Origin: a virus
Lineage: Duplodnaviria > Caudoviricetes
Length of the DNA: 42,266 nt
Direction: 5' to 3' (one strand)
Virus record (IMG/VR): IMGVR_UViG_3300020152_000012
Span: 1-42,266 of that record
This document shows positions 1 to 8,433 of this stretch, one piece after another. The stretch's first letter is position 1; each line of letters opens with the position of its first letter. A program made the translations under genes and the position numbers. Under the pieces are notes generated by a model, which was not told the origin of the DNA, searched no databases, and saw nothing but the letters and a program-made list of their open reading frames with translations.

Positions 1-127
1 CTGAACATGTCAATCTGGAAAATGCTCTTGACGGTCTTATTGATCTGCAGTATGTGCTTCTTGGCACTGTTCACCTACACGGCTTTGCACCTATCTGGAA
101 TACTGCCTGGAACAGAGTTCAAGCGGC
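1..127. repeat. Terminal direct repeat copy 1 (identical to 42140-42266); circular assembly overlap
   Basis: The first 127 nt match the last 127 nt and an ORF reads through the junction; 127 is a common assembler k-mer length. Confidence 0.95.
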
Positions 128-245
128 CAACATGTCAAAGGTTCGAGTTGAACGAGCTGAAGATTCCAAACGCGGCACAACCCATGATGTTCGCAAACCT
201 GAAGGTTGGGTTGCTCCACAGTTCAAGGACCTGCTTTTCTATTAA
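1..245 (+). CDS. 3' part of MazG-like NTP pyrophosphohydrolase (starts at 41782, crosses the junction)
   Basis: Joined translation has EE...D-x-x-x-D motifs (FLQEELNEY, ALDGLIDLQYV) and VQAANMSK...RKPEGWVAP, typical of the DR2231/PRA-PH-like family. Confidence 0.85.
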   Translation, partial: EHVNLENALDGLIDLQYVLLGTVHLHGFAPIWNTAWNRVQAANMSKVRVERAEDSKRGTTHDVRKPEGWVAPQFKDLLFY

Positions 246-258
246 AATCTAGGTTTAT

Positions 259-297
259 GGGACCCTCATCCACTCCCCGCGAAGAGGGTCCCTTTTT
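259..297 (+). terminator. Putative intrinsic terminator or attenuator
   Basis: GGGACCCTC/GAGGGTCCC 9-bp stem, 16-nt loop, then TTTTT. Confidence 0.55.
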
Positions 298-307
298 AGG
301 GGGTATC

Positions 308-511
308 ATGGCAAGAAAACCAAAGAATCGAGCAGATGAAAAGTACGAAGTATCTGGGGTAGTTATTACCCAGACCGGTAAAGCGATTCTAGTAGAAACA
401 GATACTAAGCAAGAATGGATTCCGCTTTCGCAAGTACACCAGATAGACAAAGTAAACAAGAAGATATTCATTACACCGTTTATAGCCAAACGACTCGGCT
501 TATACATTTAG
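308..511 (+). CDS. Small hypothetical protein
   Basis: ATG 308 after AGGGGG RBS; TGKAILV...WIPLSQV pattern seen in small phage proteins. Confidence 0.7.
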   Translation: MARKPKNRADEKYEVSGVVITQTGKAILVETDTKQEWIPLSQVHQIDKVNKKIFITPFIAKRLGLYI

Positions 512-523
512 AAAGATATAATC

Positions 524-1507
524 ATGAATCCATCCGGCATCATCATTCTAGATGGTCCTGACGGTACTGGTAAGACCACACTGGCACAGTACTTCATCAA
601 TCGGTATCAGGCTCGATATTTGCACCTGACTTACCGATTCAAAAACAACATGTTTGAATACAATACAGCTGCCATTGAATTAGCTGCTAAATGGGCTAAT
701 GAAGGTTACCTGGTTATCATAGATAGACTATGGATGTCTAATTATGTCTACGATAAGGTATTTCGCAAGGGTCCTCATCAGGCATACCTAGGTCGCTTTA
801 TAGATCGACTAGTCTTAAGGTACTCTGGCATATACGTCATCTGTCTTCCCGAGAATTCCCGTGAATACCTGAATGACTATAATGACCTAAAGTCAACTAG
901 GATTGAAATGTATAGCCGGATGGACGAGATATACAATGAATATGCCTGGTGGTGGCAGAAAATACAGAAGGAAAAGTGGCCACATGCAATCCGATATGAC
1001 ATGTACAAAGAGGGTCGCGACATTCAACTGTTCGCTCAATCCCTCTTGGAACGTTTAGGAGAAGAACGTGAGAATGGATATATGCTTAACCCAATGGACA
1101 AGAACTTTAGTGGAAGCCTCGCACATGGCGAAGTCTTATTCATTGATGCCAAGGCTAATCGAAGAAAAGGTTTACCCTGGTACCCTCGACATAGTTATAC
1201 GGAAGCCAATATACATCTCGCAGCTGTTCTTGAATTGGCTGGAATCCCAGAATATAAGCTCATGTGGACCAACATCGAATCAGGTCTCTGGAAAGAACTC
1301 ACTAGCAAATATGAACTTCAACCAATTGCGTTGGGCCATGATGCGTATCGGGCTATGGTCTGGGATTCCGGCTCCTACCATTTCTATGGTAAACCTGATT
1401 GTCACATCACACCGGAAGAGGACCTTCGTGCACGTGGACAAACAACATTTATGCAGCGAATGATTCACCAGATAACCCAGTACACCAAACTTTTTATGGA
1501 GAAATAA
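524..1507 (+). CDS. dNMP kinase (P-loop) fused to a C-terminal uracil-DNA-glycosylase-like domain
   Basis: GPDGTGKTT Walker A and IIDR...SxxVY of thymidylate-kinase-like enzymes; C-terminus has VLFI...L(x)xAG...WTN...IALG spacing like the UDG fold. Confidence 0.75.
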   Translation: MNPSGIIILDGPDGTGKTTLAQYFINRYQARYLHLTYRFKNNMFEYNTAAIELAAKWANEGYLVIIDRLWMSNYVYDKVFRKGPHQAYLGRFIDRLVLRYSGIYVICLPENSREYLNDYNDLKSTRIEMYSRMDEIYNEYAWWWQKIQKEKWPHAIRYDMYKEGRDIQLFAQSLLERLGEERENGYMLNPMDKNFSGSLAHGEVLFIDAKANRRKGLPWYPRHSYTEANIHLAAVLELAGIPEYKLMWTNIESGLWKELTSKYELQPIALGHDAYRAMVWDSGSYHFYGKPDCHITPEEDLRARGQTTFMQRMIHQITQYTKLFMEK

Positions 1508-1508
1508 C

Positions 1509-2330
1509 ATGTCTCAAGATGTATACATTCCTGGAGCAACCCAAGCTTGGTTGACTATGCTGAAAGAGGTTTATATTTTCGGTCAGCAAGTTACCGTTCG
1601 AAATCTGGACATTGTAGAAGTTCTCCATAGAAGTTGTAAGATTGATATGAAGAATCCAATCATCAGTGTTAAAGATCGGAAACTAGGCTTAGGCTTTCTT
1701 ATGGCTGAAGCTGCTTGGATCATTTCTGGTAGAAATGATGTAGCAAGTATTCGACCATATTCAAAGAGAATTGCTGAATTCTCAGATGACGGGTACTTTT
1801 TCCGAGGAGCTTACGGTCCTCAAATTGTGCAGCAGCTTTCGTATATACTGGAGAACCTGCAAAATGACTTATATAGCCGTCAAGCAGTTATTAGTATCTG
1901 GAAACCAAGTCCTCCAAAATCTAAGGACATTCCTTGCACTATTACAGTGCAGTTTATGGTGCGCGCTGGATTACTGCATACCTTTGTTAATATGCGGTCT
2001 TCTGATTGCTGGCTTGGAGTACCTTATGACTGGTTCAATTTCTCTATGCTTTCCCGTTGGGTCTTGCTCGCTTTGAAGCAAGCAGGAGTTGAACATCTAG
2101 ATTTAGGCTTCCTGCACTTTAATGCAGCTAGTCAGCATATTTATAAGAATAATTTTATGGATGTTTCCAGCATAATTCACCAAGAAAGTCCAGATTGGGA
2201 TACTAGAACCGATAGTCTAATGCCTTTTATTGAAAAAGCAAAAACTCCTCAGGATTTGATTTTAACCCTTTGGGAATTGGCTTACAGTCAAATTGCTACT
2301 GGAGAAAAGGAGAATTCTTCATCATGGTAA
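1509..2330 (+). CDS. Thymidylate synthase superfamily pyrimidine C5 (hydroxy)methyltransferase, dCMP-type signature
   Basis: GAYGPQI, SRQAVISIW, KDIPCT (catalytic Cys), MRSSD...GVPYD, SQHIY motifs. Confidence 0.85.
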   Translation: MSQDVYIPGATQAWLTMLKEVYIFGQQVTVRNLDIVEVLHRSCKIDMKNPIISVKDRKLGLGFLMAEAAWIISGRNDVASIRPYSKRIAEFSDDGYFFRGAYGPQIVQQLSYILENLQNDLYSRQAVISIWKPSPPKSKDIPCTITVQFMVRAGLLHTFVNMRSSDCWLGVPYDWFNFSMLSRWVLLALKQAGVEHLDLGFLHFNAASQHIYKNNFMDVSSIIHQESPDWDTRTDSLMPFIEKAKTPQDLILTLWELAYSQIATGEKENSSSW

Positions 2331-2848
2331 GACCTACTCGAGAGTATACCTTTATTAAGATGGCAGAACTCCTTGCAGCCCGCACTACCTGCATTCGCCG
2401 AGGAGTTGGCTGTGTTTTAACCGATATGTATGGCAAAGTTCTGTCTACAGGTTATAATGGGGTAGCTAGTGGAATGCCGCACTGTAATGAATCCCAAATC
2501 AAAGTATTAAAACACGGAGAATGGGAACATTATCCAAATGCTTGTGAAGGAGCAGATTCTCCTAGCGGAACCAATCTTCACCAATGTTTAGCTATACATG
2601 CAGAACAGAATGCTTTACTACAGTGCCCAGATGTACGAGATATTTGTTATGCATATGTGACATGTAGTCCTTGTATGCATTGCATGAAATTGTTAATGAA
2701 TACTGGTTGCCGCATTATTTATTACTTAGAAGAATATGATGCCGCTGCTTTAAATTTATGGAATAATAGGGGACCAGGTTATGGAACATTCAAGCTTAAT
2801 CTTAGAAACGACGGAACCTTTATTGCTGAAGGACGAATGGGAACCTAA
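2324..2848 (+). CDS. dCMP deaminase
   Basis: TCIRRGVGCV, TGYNG, HAEQNAL and SPCMHC zinc motifs; ATG 2324 after AAGGAG. Confidence 0.92.
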   Translation: MVRPTREYTFIKMAELLAARTTCIRRGVGCVLTDMYGKVLSTGYNGVASGMPHCNESQIKVLKHGEWEHYPNACEGADSPSGTNLHQCLAIHAEQNALLQCPDVRDICYAYVTCSPCMHCMKLLMNTGCRIIYYLEEYDAAALNLWNNRGPGYGTFKLNLRNDGTFIAEGRMGT

Positions 2849-4700
2849 ATACGATTTTCCAAACTTATCTAATATTAAATATATTGGATTAGATACTGAA
2901 ACATATGACCCAAACCTAGACTCTCTTGGACCAGGAGCCATGCGTAAAGATGGTTACCTAGTAGGGATCAGTATTTATTTTAATCTTGGAGATTACAGTT
3001 TTAAGAACTACTACCCTTTGCGTCACAAAGAGGGTGGGAATATGCCTCTCTCGAAAGTAGTCAAGTGGTTGCAGAAAGAGCTGGCTAATCCCAACTTGCA
3101 TGTTATTGGAGCCAATATAATCTATGACTTAGAATGGTTATGGACTGAAGGTATTAGGGTCGCTGGACCTGTTCACGATGTTGCTATTAGGGATGCGCTC
3201 ATTGACGAGAATCAACGGAACTATGACCTTGATTCTATCGCTATACGTTGTGGACTCGAGGGGAAAGACGAAACCCTTTTAATCCAGGAATGTAAGCGTC
3301 GTGGATGGAATAAAGAAGATCAGATTAAGGGAAATCTACACCAGCTGCATTCTAGATATGTAGGCCCATATGCGGAGGCGGATGCCGTGATGGCCTACTT
3401 GTCTTATTTTATACAGCAACCATTTATTGATAGGTATGAGTTAAACCGAGTAGATAAATTAGAATCTCGGCTTACAAAGACCTTATTCAAGATGTGGGAA
3501 CGAGGTATTCCGGTCGATTTAGACCAAGCAGAAAAAAGTTCAAAAGAACTCAGGATTCTGTATGATAAGGAACTTGATAAAATTCGTGAACAAGCCGGAT
3601 TCTTTGTTGATGTCTGGTCTGGCAAACAATTAGGAGCTGCATATGATTCACTGGGACTTGGATATATTAAAACCGAAAAAGGAAACCCTTCCTTTAAAGC
3701 CGGATGGCTTGAAGTTCAAGATGACGTTTTCTCACAATCAGTGCTACGTGCTCGCCAATTCGATCGGTCAGGTAGTGTTTTTATTGACAGCAAAATCATT
3801 AAAGCATCAGTCAACGGCCGCATCCATCCGAATTTTAAACAGACTAAGACAGAAGACGGAGGAGGAACCAAATCAGGTCGTCTCTCATCATCTAATCCAA
3901 ACCTCCAGCAAGTTCCAGCGCGCAATGAGGAGCTTTCACGGATTATCCGTTCGATTTTCAAATCCGACACAGGCACATATGGGGTTTTTGACTATAGCCA
4001 GCAAGAACCTCGGGTGGGTGTGCATTTCGCTTACCTTAGAGGATTCCTTGGAGCTGCTGAAGCCGTCCGTAAGTACGTTGAAAACCCCAGAACAGATTAT
4101 CACCAGCTCGTTGCCGATATGTGTGAAAACGTTACTGGAGTTACCATTGGACGTAAAGCTGCAAAGACAATTAATCTCGGTCTTGCTTACGGTATGGGGG
4201 GAGCCAAGTTATGCCGTAGCCTCGGATTATCGACAGAATGGGTGGAAATTAATGGTACCATGGTGGAAGTTGCTGGCCCTGAAGGTAAGAAGCTCCTTGA
4301 TACATACAACAAAGCTGTACCGTTCGTAAAGCTACTATCTAAGGACGCCATGAACTTGGCTAAACGTCGAGGCTATGTTAAAACCATCTTGGGACGCAGG
4401 TGCAACTTTCCAAGAGGTTTAGGAACTCACAAAGCTGCGAATCGTATTATTCAAGGTACATCTGCGGATATGATCAAGCAAGCGATCATTAATTTAGATG
4501 ATGCCGGTTATTTGCCTTATAACACGGTTCACGACGAAGTGAATAATCCGATCAATTCTTTAGACGACTGTCGTAATATACGTGATATAATGCTTCATGC
4601 AATCGAGTTAGAAGTCCCACTTCTAGTCGATGTAGAGATTGGCGATTCTTGGGGAACTTGTAAAGAAGTTAACCTGGATATTGTCATTAGTAGGGGGTAG
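2781..4700 (+). CDS. polA: Family A DNA polymerase with 3'-5' exonuclease
   Basis: LDTET exo I, SGRLSSSNPNLQQVP, DYSQQEPR motif A, KTINLGLAYGMG motif B, VHDE motif C; start codon uncertain. Confidence 0.95.
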   Translation: MEHSSLILETTEPLLLKDEWEPKYDFPNLSNIKYIGLDTETYDPNLDSLGPGAMRKDGYLVGISIYFNLGDYSFKNYYPLRHKEGGNMPLSKVVKWLQKELANPNLHVIGANIIYDLEWLWTEGIRVAGPVHDVAIRDALIDENQRNYDLDSIAIRCGLEGKDETLLIQECKRRGWNKEDQIKGNLHQLHSRYVGPYAEADAVMAYLSYFIQQPFIDRYELNRVDKLESRLTKTLFKMWERGIPVDLDQAEKSSKELRILYDKELDKIREQAGFFVDVWSGKQLGAAYDSLGLGYIKTEKGNPSFKAGWLEVQDDVFSQSVLRARQFDRSGSVFIDSKIIKASVNGRIHPNFKQTKTEDGGGTKSGRLSSSNPNLQQVPARNEELSRIIRSIFKSDTGTYGVFDYSQQEPRVGVHFAYLRGFLGAAEAVRKYVENPRTDYHQLVADMCENVTGVTIGRKAAKTINLGLAYGMGGAKLCRSLGLSTEWVEINGTMVEVAGPEGKKLLDTYNKAVPFVKLLSKDAMNLAKRRGYVKTILGRRCNFPRGLGTHKAANRIIQGTSADMIKQAIINLDDAGYLPYNTVHDEVNNPINSLDDCRNIRDIMLHAIELEVPLLVDVEIGDSWGTCKEVNLDIVISRG

Positions 4701-4733
4701 TACTTTTAGAAAATCTTTTAAGGAGTAATAAAA

Positions 4734-5366
4734 ATGAAGAAGTCTCTTTTGGTAGTAGCAATTATATCTTTTGCAATGGCAAGTTTTCATGCTTCAGCAG
4801 GAAACAACAGCAACAACTCTGATACGTACAACAACTACGGGGATACAAATACCACGAACCGAGGCGGCGAAGGTGGTGATGCCAATTCCCTGGGTATCGG
4901 TATCGGTGTTGGTGGATCAGCTAACGCCACTGGTGGTGACGCAACCGCTATTGGCCTTGGCGGTCAAGGTGGTGATGCTGCCGCAATTGGTATTGGTGGT
5001 CAAGGTGGTAAGAGTGACGCCGATGCGAGTGCAAAGGCCGGTGCAAATGCAGGTAGTTCGAGTGGTGGTAACTCGCTTACTGTGAATGAAGGCGATTACG
5101 AAGCTCGAGCTATTCCAGTTGGCAGTTCTATCGCTGCTGGTGCAAATGGCACTTCGAAGTGTCTGAAACATTCCAGTGTTTCCGGCAATCTGTTTTTTGT
5201 TAGTGGAGCTAAAGCTTCCCATGAGCCAGATTACATGTGCTGGGCACAGGAACTGGGCGCTCCTGAAGTTGCAGTACAAATGGCTTGTAATGATAGCGGT
5301 TCATTCCGTAAAGCTTACAACCAAATCGCACGTCGTAATGGCACTGAAGAGTGTTTGAGCGAGTAA
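4734..5366 (+). CDS. Secreted Gly-rich protein with signal peptide and Cys-containing C-terminus
   Basis: MKKSLLVVAIISFAMASFHASA signal peptide, GGxGGDA repeats, four Cys, strong AAGGAG RBS. Confidence 0.75.
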   Translation: MKKSLLVVAIISFAMASFHASAGNNSNNSDTYNNYGDTNTTNRGGEGGDANSLGIGIGVGGSANATGGDATAIGLGGQGGDAAAIGIGGQGGKSDADASAKAGANAGSSSGGNSLTVNEGDYEARAIPVGSSIAAGANGTSKCLKHSSVSGNLFFVSGAKASHEPDYMCWAQELGAPEVAVQMACNDSGSFRKAYNQIARRNGTEECLSE

Positions 5367-5369
5367 GAA

Positions 5370-5544
5370 CCCTGTGCAGGGAGTTAGATAAACTCGGTCG
5401 GGGGCTCCTAGCCGAATAAGTATCTAGCCTGAGAACCAGCCTTGTAGAAAGCCCAGAATTTTGGTGAGCTGGTTCTTGGAGTAGGTATTAGTTTGGGGTG
5501 AAAGTCCCCAACAAAGATGAAGTTAACCGAGGGCTAGTACCTAC
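5370..5544 (+). ncRNA. Putative structured intergenic RNA (four adjacent stem-loops)
   Basis: Stems 5370-81, 5383-5428, 5429-5479 and 5481-5544, several with G-U pairs that favour the + strand. Confidence 0.55.
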
Positions 5545-5567
5545 CCTTAAATAGAAAGGAAGAAAGC

Positions 5568-5891
5568 ATGTGGGTATTTACGCAATACGGATTTATCTCT
5601 ATAGTGGTGGACAAGAAGAATGATAACAACGTACTTATCCGAGCCCGAAATAAAACCACATTGCCAAGACTATTCGCAAAGAATGGTTGTAAACTTTCTG
5701 TTCAAGAACACACTCCCAATTCAGATTATCAGTATCGAGTTTCCGTTCCTAGAACTGCGCTTGGAATCCTCTTGTACCGAGAAGTCTCAAAGCTGGACTA
5801 TACCAACTTCAAGGAACATATCCAAAATAGGGATTACAAGAGGTTGTTAATGGAGATTTGGGTAGTGGTCAAATTATGGTATGAGGGGTAG
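5568..5891 (+). CDS. Hypothetical phage protein
   Basis: MWVFTxxGFISIV...IRAR...DYQYR...YTNFK pattern; AAAGGA RBS. Confidence 0.75.
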   Translation: MWVFTQYGFISIVVDKKNDNNVLIRARNKTTLPRLFAKNGCKLSVQEHTPNSDYQYRVSVPRTALGILLYREVSKLDYTNFKEHIQNRDYKRLLMEIWVVVKLWYEG

Positions 5892-5981
5892 ATGTATCCA
5901 TTAGAAAAGATAACCTGCTATTTTATTATAGCTGGAGTGATTTTAGCCATTGTTAGGTTTATCCTGGAACATATATTATGA
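5892..5981 (+). CDS. 29-aa single-TM peptide (not in ORF track)
   Basis: MYPLEKITCYFIIAGVILAIVRFILEHIL; GAGGGG RBS; ATGA overlap with the next gene. Confidence 0.55.
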   Translation: MYPLEKITCYFIIAGVILAIVRFILEHIL

Positions 5982-6343
5982 AAGAGAAAACACATGTCTA
6001 CGAACCGCTTAGAAAAAATCTCCCTCATATTCACTGGCAAAGAATTGAAAACGTTGCCGGTACTGGAGTTGCAGATATTAATGGTTGCTTTAGGGGTATT
6101 GAGTTCTGGATTGAGTCGAAAATCAGTAAAGGAAGCCATATTGAAATCCGTCCAGATCAAATTGCCTGGCTCACCAAGCGATATGAAAAAGGTGGAAGAG
6201 TATTTGTGGTTTATAGACAGGAGGATACAATCGGAGTTCTCATCCCTGATGGAAGAGGGTCTTTTAGAAATATCTTCCAAACTGGAAAACCCTTTAAATA
6301 CAAAGAGTTAGAAAATATTTTCCTGTACCACCCTATGAAATAA
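5978..6343 (+). CDS. VRR-NUC/Holliday-junction-resolvase-like PD-(D/E)xK nuclease
   Basis: RIEN...GVADI...WIESK...RPDQIAW. Confidence 0.8.
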   Translation: MKEKTHVYEPLRKNLPHIHWQRIENVAGTGVADINGCFRGIEFWIESKISKGSHIEIRPDQIAWLTKRYEKGGRVFVVYRQEDTIGVLIPDGRGSFRNIFQTGKPFKYKELENIFLYHPMK

Positions 6344-6344
6344 G

Positions 6345-6353
6345 TGTTATAAT
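6345..6353 (+). promoter_or_regulatory. Extended -10 sigma70-type promoter
   Basis: TGTTATAAT immediately before an AAGGA RBS. Confidence 0.55.
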
Positions 6354-6365
6354 AAGGACATACAA

Positions 6366-6698
6366 ATGACAGTCTACGTTGTACAAGAAGTACCAAAATT
6401 CAATATTTCGGGGGCACTCAAATATGGCAATCTCACAGTTATACTTCCGCCAGGAAATATGTCCTTCTCAACTGACGCCACCTACCGAAAAGCTGCCATC
6501 GGTCTCAAAGACTTCCGTAAAGGAGACCATCTACTACTCATTGGGGACCCTATTGCTATGGGCATTTGTTTCAATATTGCTTTGGCTCTTAGCGGGGGAA
6601 ACCTTACCTTATTGAAGTGGGACAGACAAACCACTTCATATATCGAAGTAAACGTTAACATACCACGTGCAATAGGAGAAAGAAATGAAAACATCTAA
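6366..6698 (+). CDS. Hypothetical phage protein
   Basis: VYVVQE...YG...DHLLLIGDP...LKWDR; RBS present. Confidence 0.75.
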   Translation: MTVYVVQEVPKFNISGALKYGNLTVILPPGNMSFSTDATYRKAAIGLKDFRKGDHLLLIGDPIAMGICFNIALALSGGNLTLLKWDRQTTSYIEVNVNIPRAIGERNENI

Positions 6699-7029
6699 AA
6701 TACCATTCGAAAAGCTTTCACAAATTGAAAAGGATTCTGAAGGCTCTATATCATTTGAAACCATTGACGGTCGAGTAACTCGTATTGTTTTTCCAGGACC
6801 TACTCACCCTATTATTATAGCTATTGATAGCTATTCAGTAGCAGTTTGCCAGCCTGCTATTAAAGAAGTCTTTGTTTTCAGATACATAGCAGATGTTCGA
6901 GGAGAAAAGATTCTTATCGAAAAAGAATTTGATTCAGAACATGAACGTGAAAGATATATTTCACTGAATTATTCAGATGTTCCTGAAGATGAATATTCTC
7001 TGTTTTCTGCAACCGTGCTTCAAGATTAG
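6685..7029 (+). CDS. Hypothetical protein
   Basis: AGGAG RBS; fills the operon gap. Confidence 0.65.
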   Translation: MKTSKIPFEKLSQIEKDSEGSISFETIDGRVTRIVFPGPTHPIIIAIDSYSVAVCQPAIKEVFVFRYIADVRGEKILIEKEFDSEHERERYISLNYSDVPEDEYSLFSATVLQD

Positions 7030-7038
7030 GAGAAAGAA

Positions 7039-7581
7039 ATGATTAATTTTGAGCAGGACGCAGCTGCTAATTTAACCGTCACTGAAGCTGATTTATCTGA
7101 GCTAGCTAACCTAGCAGAAGACCAGTTAAATCTGGAATGGGAAATATCTGAAGTAGAAGAACGCCTTGAAGACCTCAAGAAGCGCCATCATAAAATCTCA
7201 GAAGAGACTATCCCTACTAAGATGATTTCTTGTGGCATGCAGGAATTTAAACTTACTAATGGCCGTAAAATTACGGTTCAGAAGTATTATTCTGCTTCTT
7301 TGTCTGAAGAAAATAAACCTGCGGCTCTTGCTTGGTTAGAAGAACGTGGCCATTCAGATATTGTCAAACATAACATCACAGTACCTATCGGCCGTGGTGA
7401 AGCTGATCTTGCAAATACGCTTAAACAAGTTCTTCAACAAATGCAAGTTACCTACGAAGACAAGGAATCGATTCACCCACAAACCTTGAAAGCATTTGTC
7501 AAGGAGCAGGTGGAAACGGGAACAGACCTTCCGTTAGATTTATTCAAGGTCTACATCGGCAATCGTGCCAAAATCAAATAG
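7039..7581 (+). CDS. Replication-module protein with N-terminal coiled coil
   Basis: WLEERGHSDIVK and IHPQTLKAFVKE motifs; sits before the SSB-like gene as in related phage layouts. Confidence 0.75.
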   Translation: MINFEQDAAANLTVTEADLSELANLAEDQLNLEWEISEVEERLEDLKKRHHKISEETIPTKMISCGMQEFKLTNGRKITVQKYYSASLSEENKPAALAWLEERGHSDIVKHNITVPIGRGEADLANTLKQVLQQMQVTYEDKESIHPQTLKAFVKEQVETGTDLPLDLFKVYIGNRAKIK

Positions 7582-7592
7582 GAGTAGAAATC

Positions 7593-8375
7593 ATGGCAAC
7601 AAAAGATAAAGAGAAAGCGGTCCCGGCTACACAGGGCAATCAGCTGCCAGCAACTATCGACCTGCAAGGTGATTCCAATATCGGTCGTGAAACTTTGTCT
7701 GCACAAGACATGGCGATGCCGTTTGTGTCTGTACTACAGGCACTCAGTCCACAAGTCAAGAAAGGTGCAAACCGAATTGAAGATGCTGAAGAAGGTGATT
7801 TCTTCAATACAGTATCCCAAGAAGTTTGGTCTGGTGAAGATGGCATCCTTGTGATTCCATGTGCCTTTAACCGACTGTACGTCGAATGGGCAGATCGTGA
7901 TTCTGGTGGCGGTTATCAAGGTAACCATACTGATGAATCAATTCTCCATCAATGCAGCCGTAATGACCGCGGTCAAGATGTACTGCCAAATGGCAACATC
8001 ATTGTTCTGACGAATTACCACTACTGCCTGCTTATTGATCAAGATGAAAACCTCTTGGAACGTGTTGTGATTCCATTCAGCAGCACTCAACTCAAGAAGT
8101 CCCGTCGTTGGAATAGCATGATGGGCTCTATCATGATTCCTGGTGCCAATGGCAACTTCAATCCTCCGATGTTCAGCCACAAGTATCTGCTGCAAACTGA
8201 AGAAGAAAGTAACAACAAGGGTCAATGGTATGGCGTTAAGATTACCAATCAAGGTATGATTAAGAATGCCAATACCTATGCTCTTGCTAAGCAGTTTGCA
8301 ATTGATGTAAGTAAGGGCCTGGTCAAGGTTGTTCCACCTGAAGCTCAGCCGGATGATACTGAAAATCCGTATTAA
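7593..8375 (+). CDS. Putative ssDNA-binding protein
   Basis: LQALSPQV, YVEW, STQLKKSRRWNS, NNKGQWYG; acidic C-terminal tail ending PY. Confidence 0.65.
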   Translation: MATKDKEKAVPATQGNQLPATIDLQGDSNIGRETLSAQDMAMPFVSVLQALSPQVKKGANRIEDAEEGDFFNTVSQEVWSGEDGILVIPCAFNRLYVEWADRDSGGGYQGNHTDESILHQCSRNDRGQDVLPNGNIIVLTNYHYCLLIDQDENLLERVVIPFSSTQLKKSRRWNSMMGSIMIPGANGNFNPPMFSHKYLLQTEEESNNKGQWYGVKITNQGMIKNANTYALAKQFAIDVSKGLVKVVPPEAQPDDTENPY

Positions 8376-8382
8376 GTAATAT

Positions 8383-8406
8383 GGGCCCCCGTAACTGGGG
8401 GCCTTT
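8383..8406 (+). terminator. Hairpin or terminator after the SSB-like gene
   Basis: GGGCCCCC gtaact GGGGGCCT followed by TT. Confidence 0.55.
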
Positions 8407-8433
8407 GCTGTGTAATTCAGGCGGGGGAATGTA

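Noticed and set aside
7-252. 81-aa hydrophobic ORF
   Set aside because: It overlaps the MazG-like frame that spans the junction.
5370-5544. tRNA or FMN riboswitch
   Set aside because: Only a GGGGUGAAAGUCCCC hairpin matches; there is no cloverleaf and no other FMN consensus element.
7930-7937. Other CTGATGA heptamers (also near 12583 and 41664) as extra hammerheads
   Set aside because: They lie in coding sequence and I saw no flanking stems with a correctly placed GAAA.
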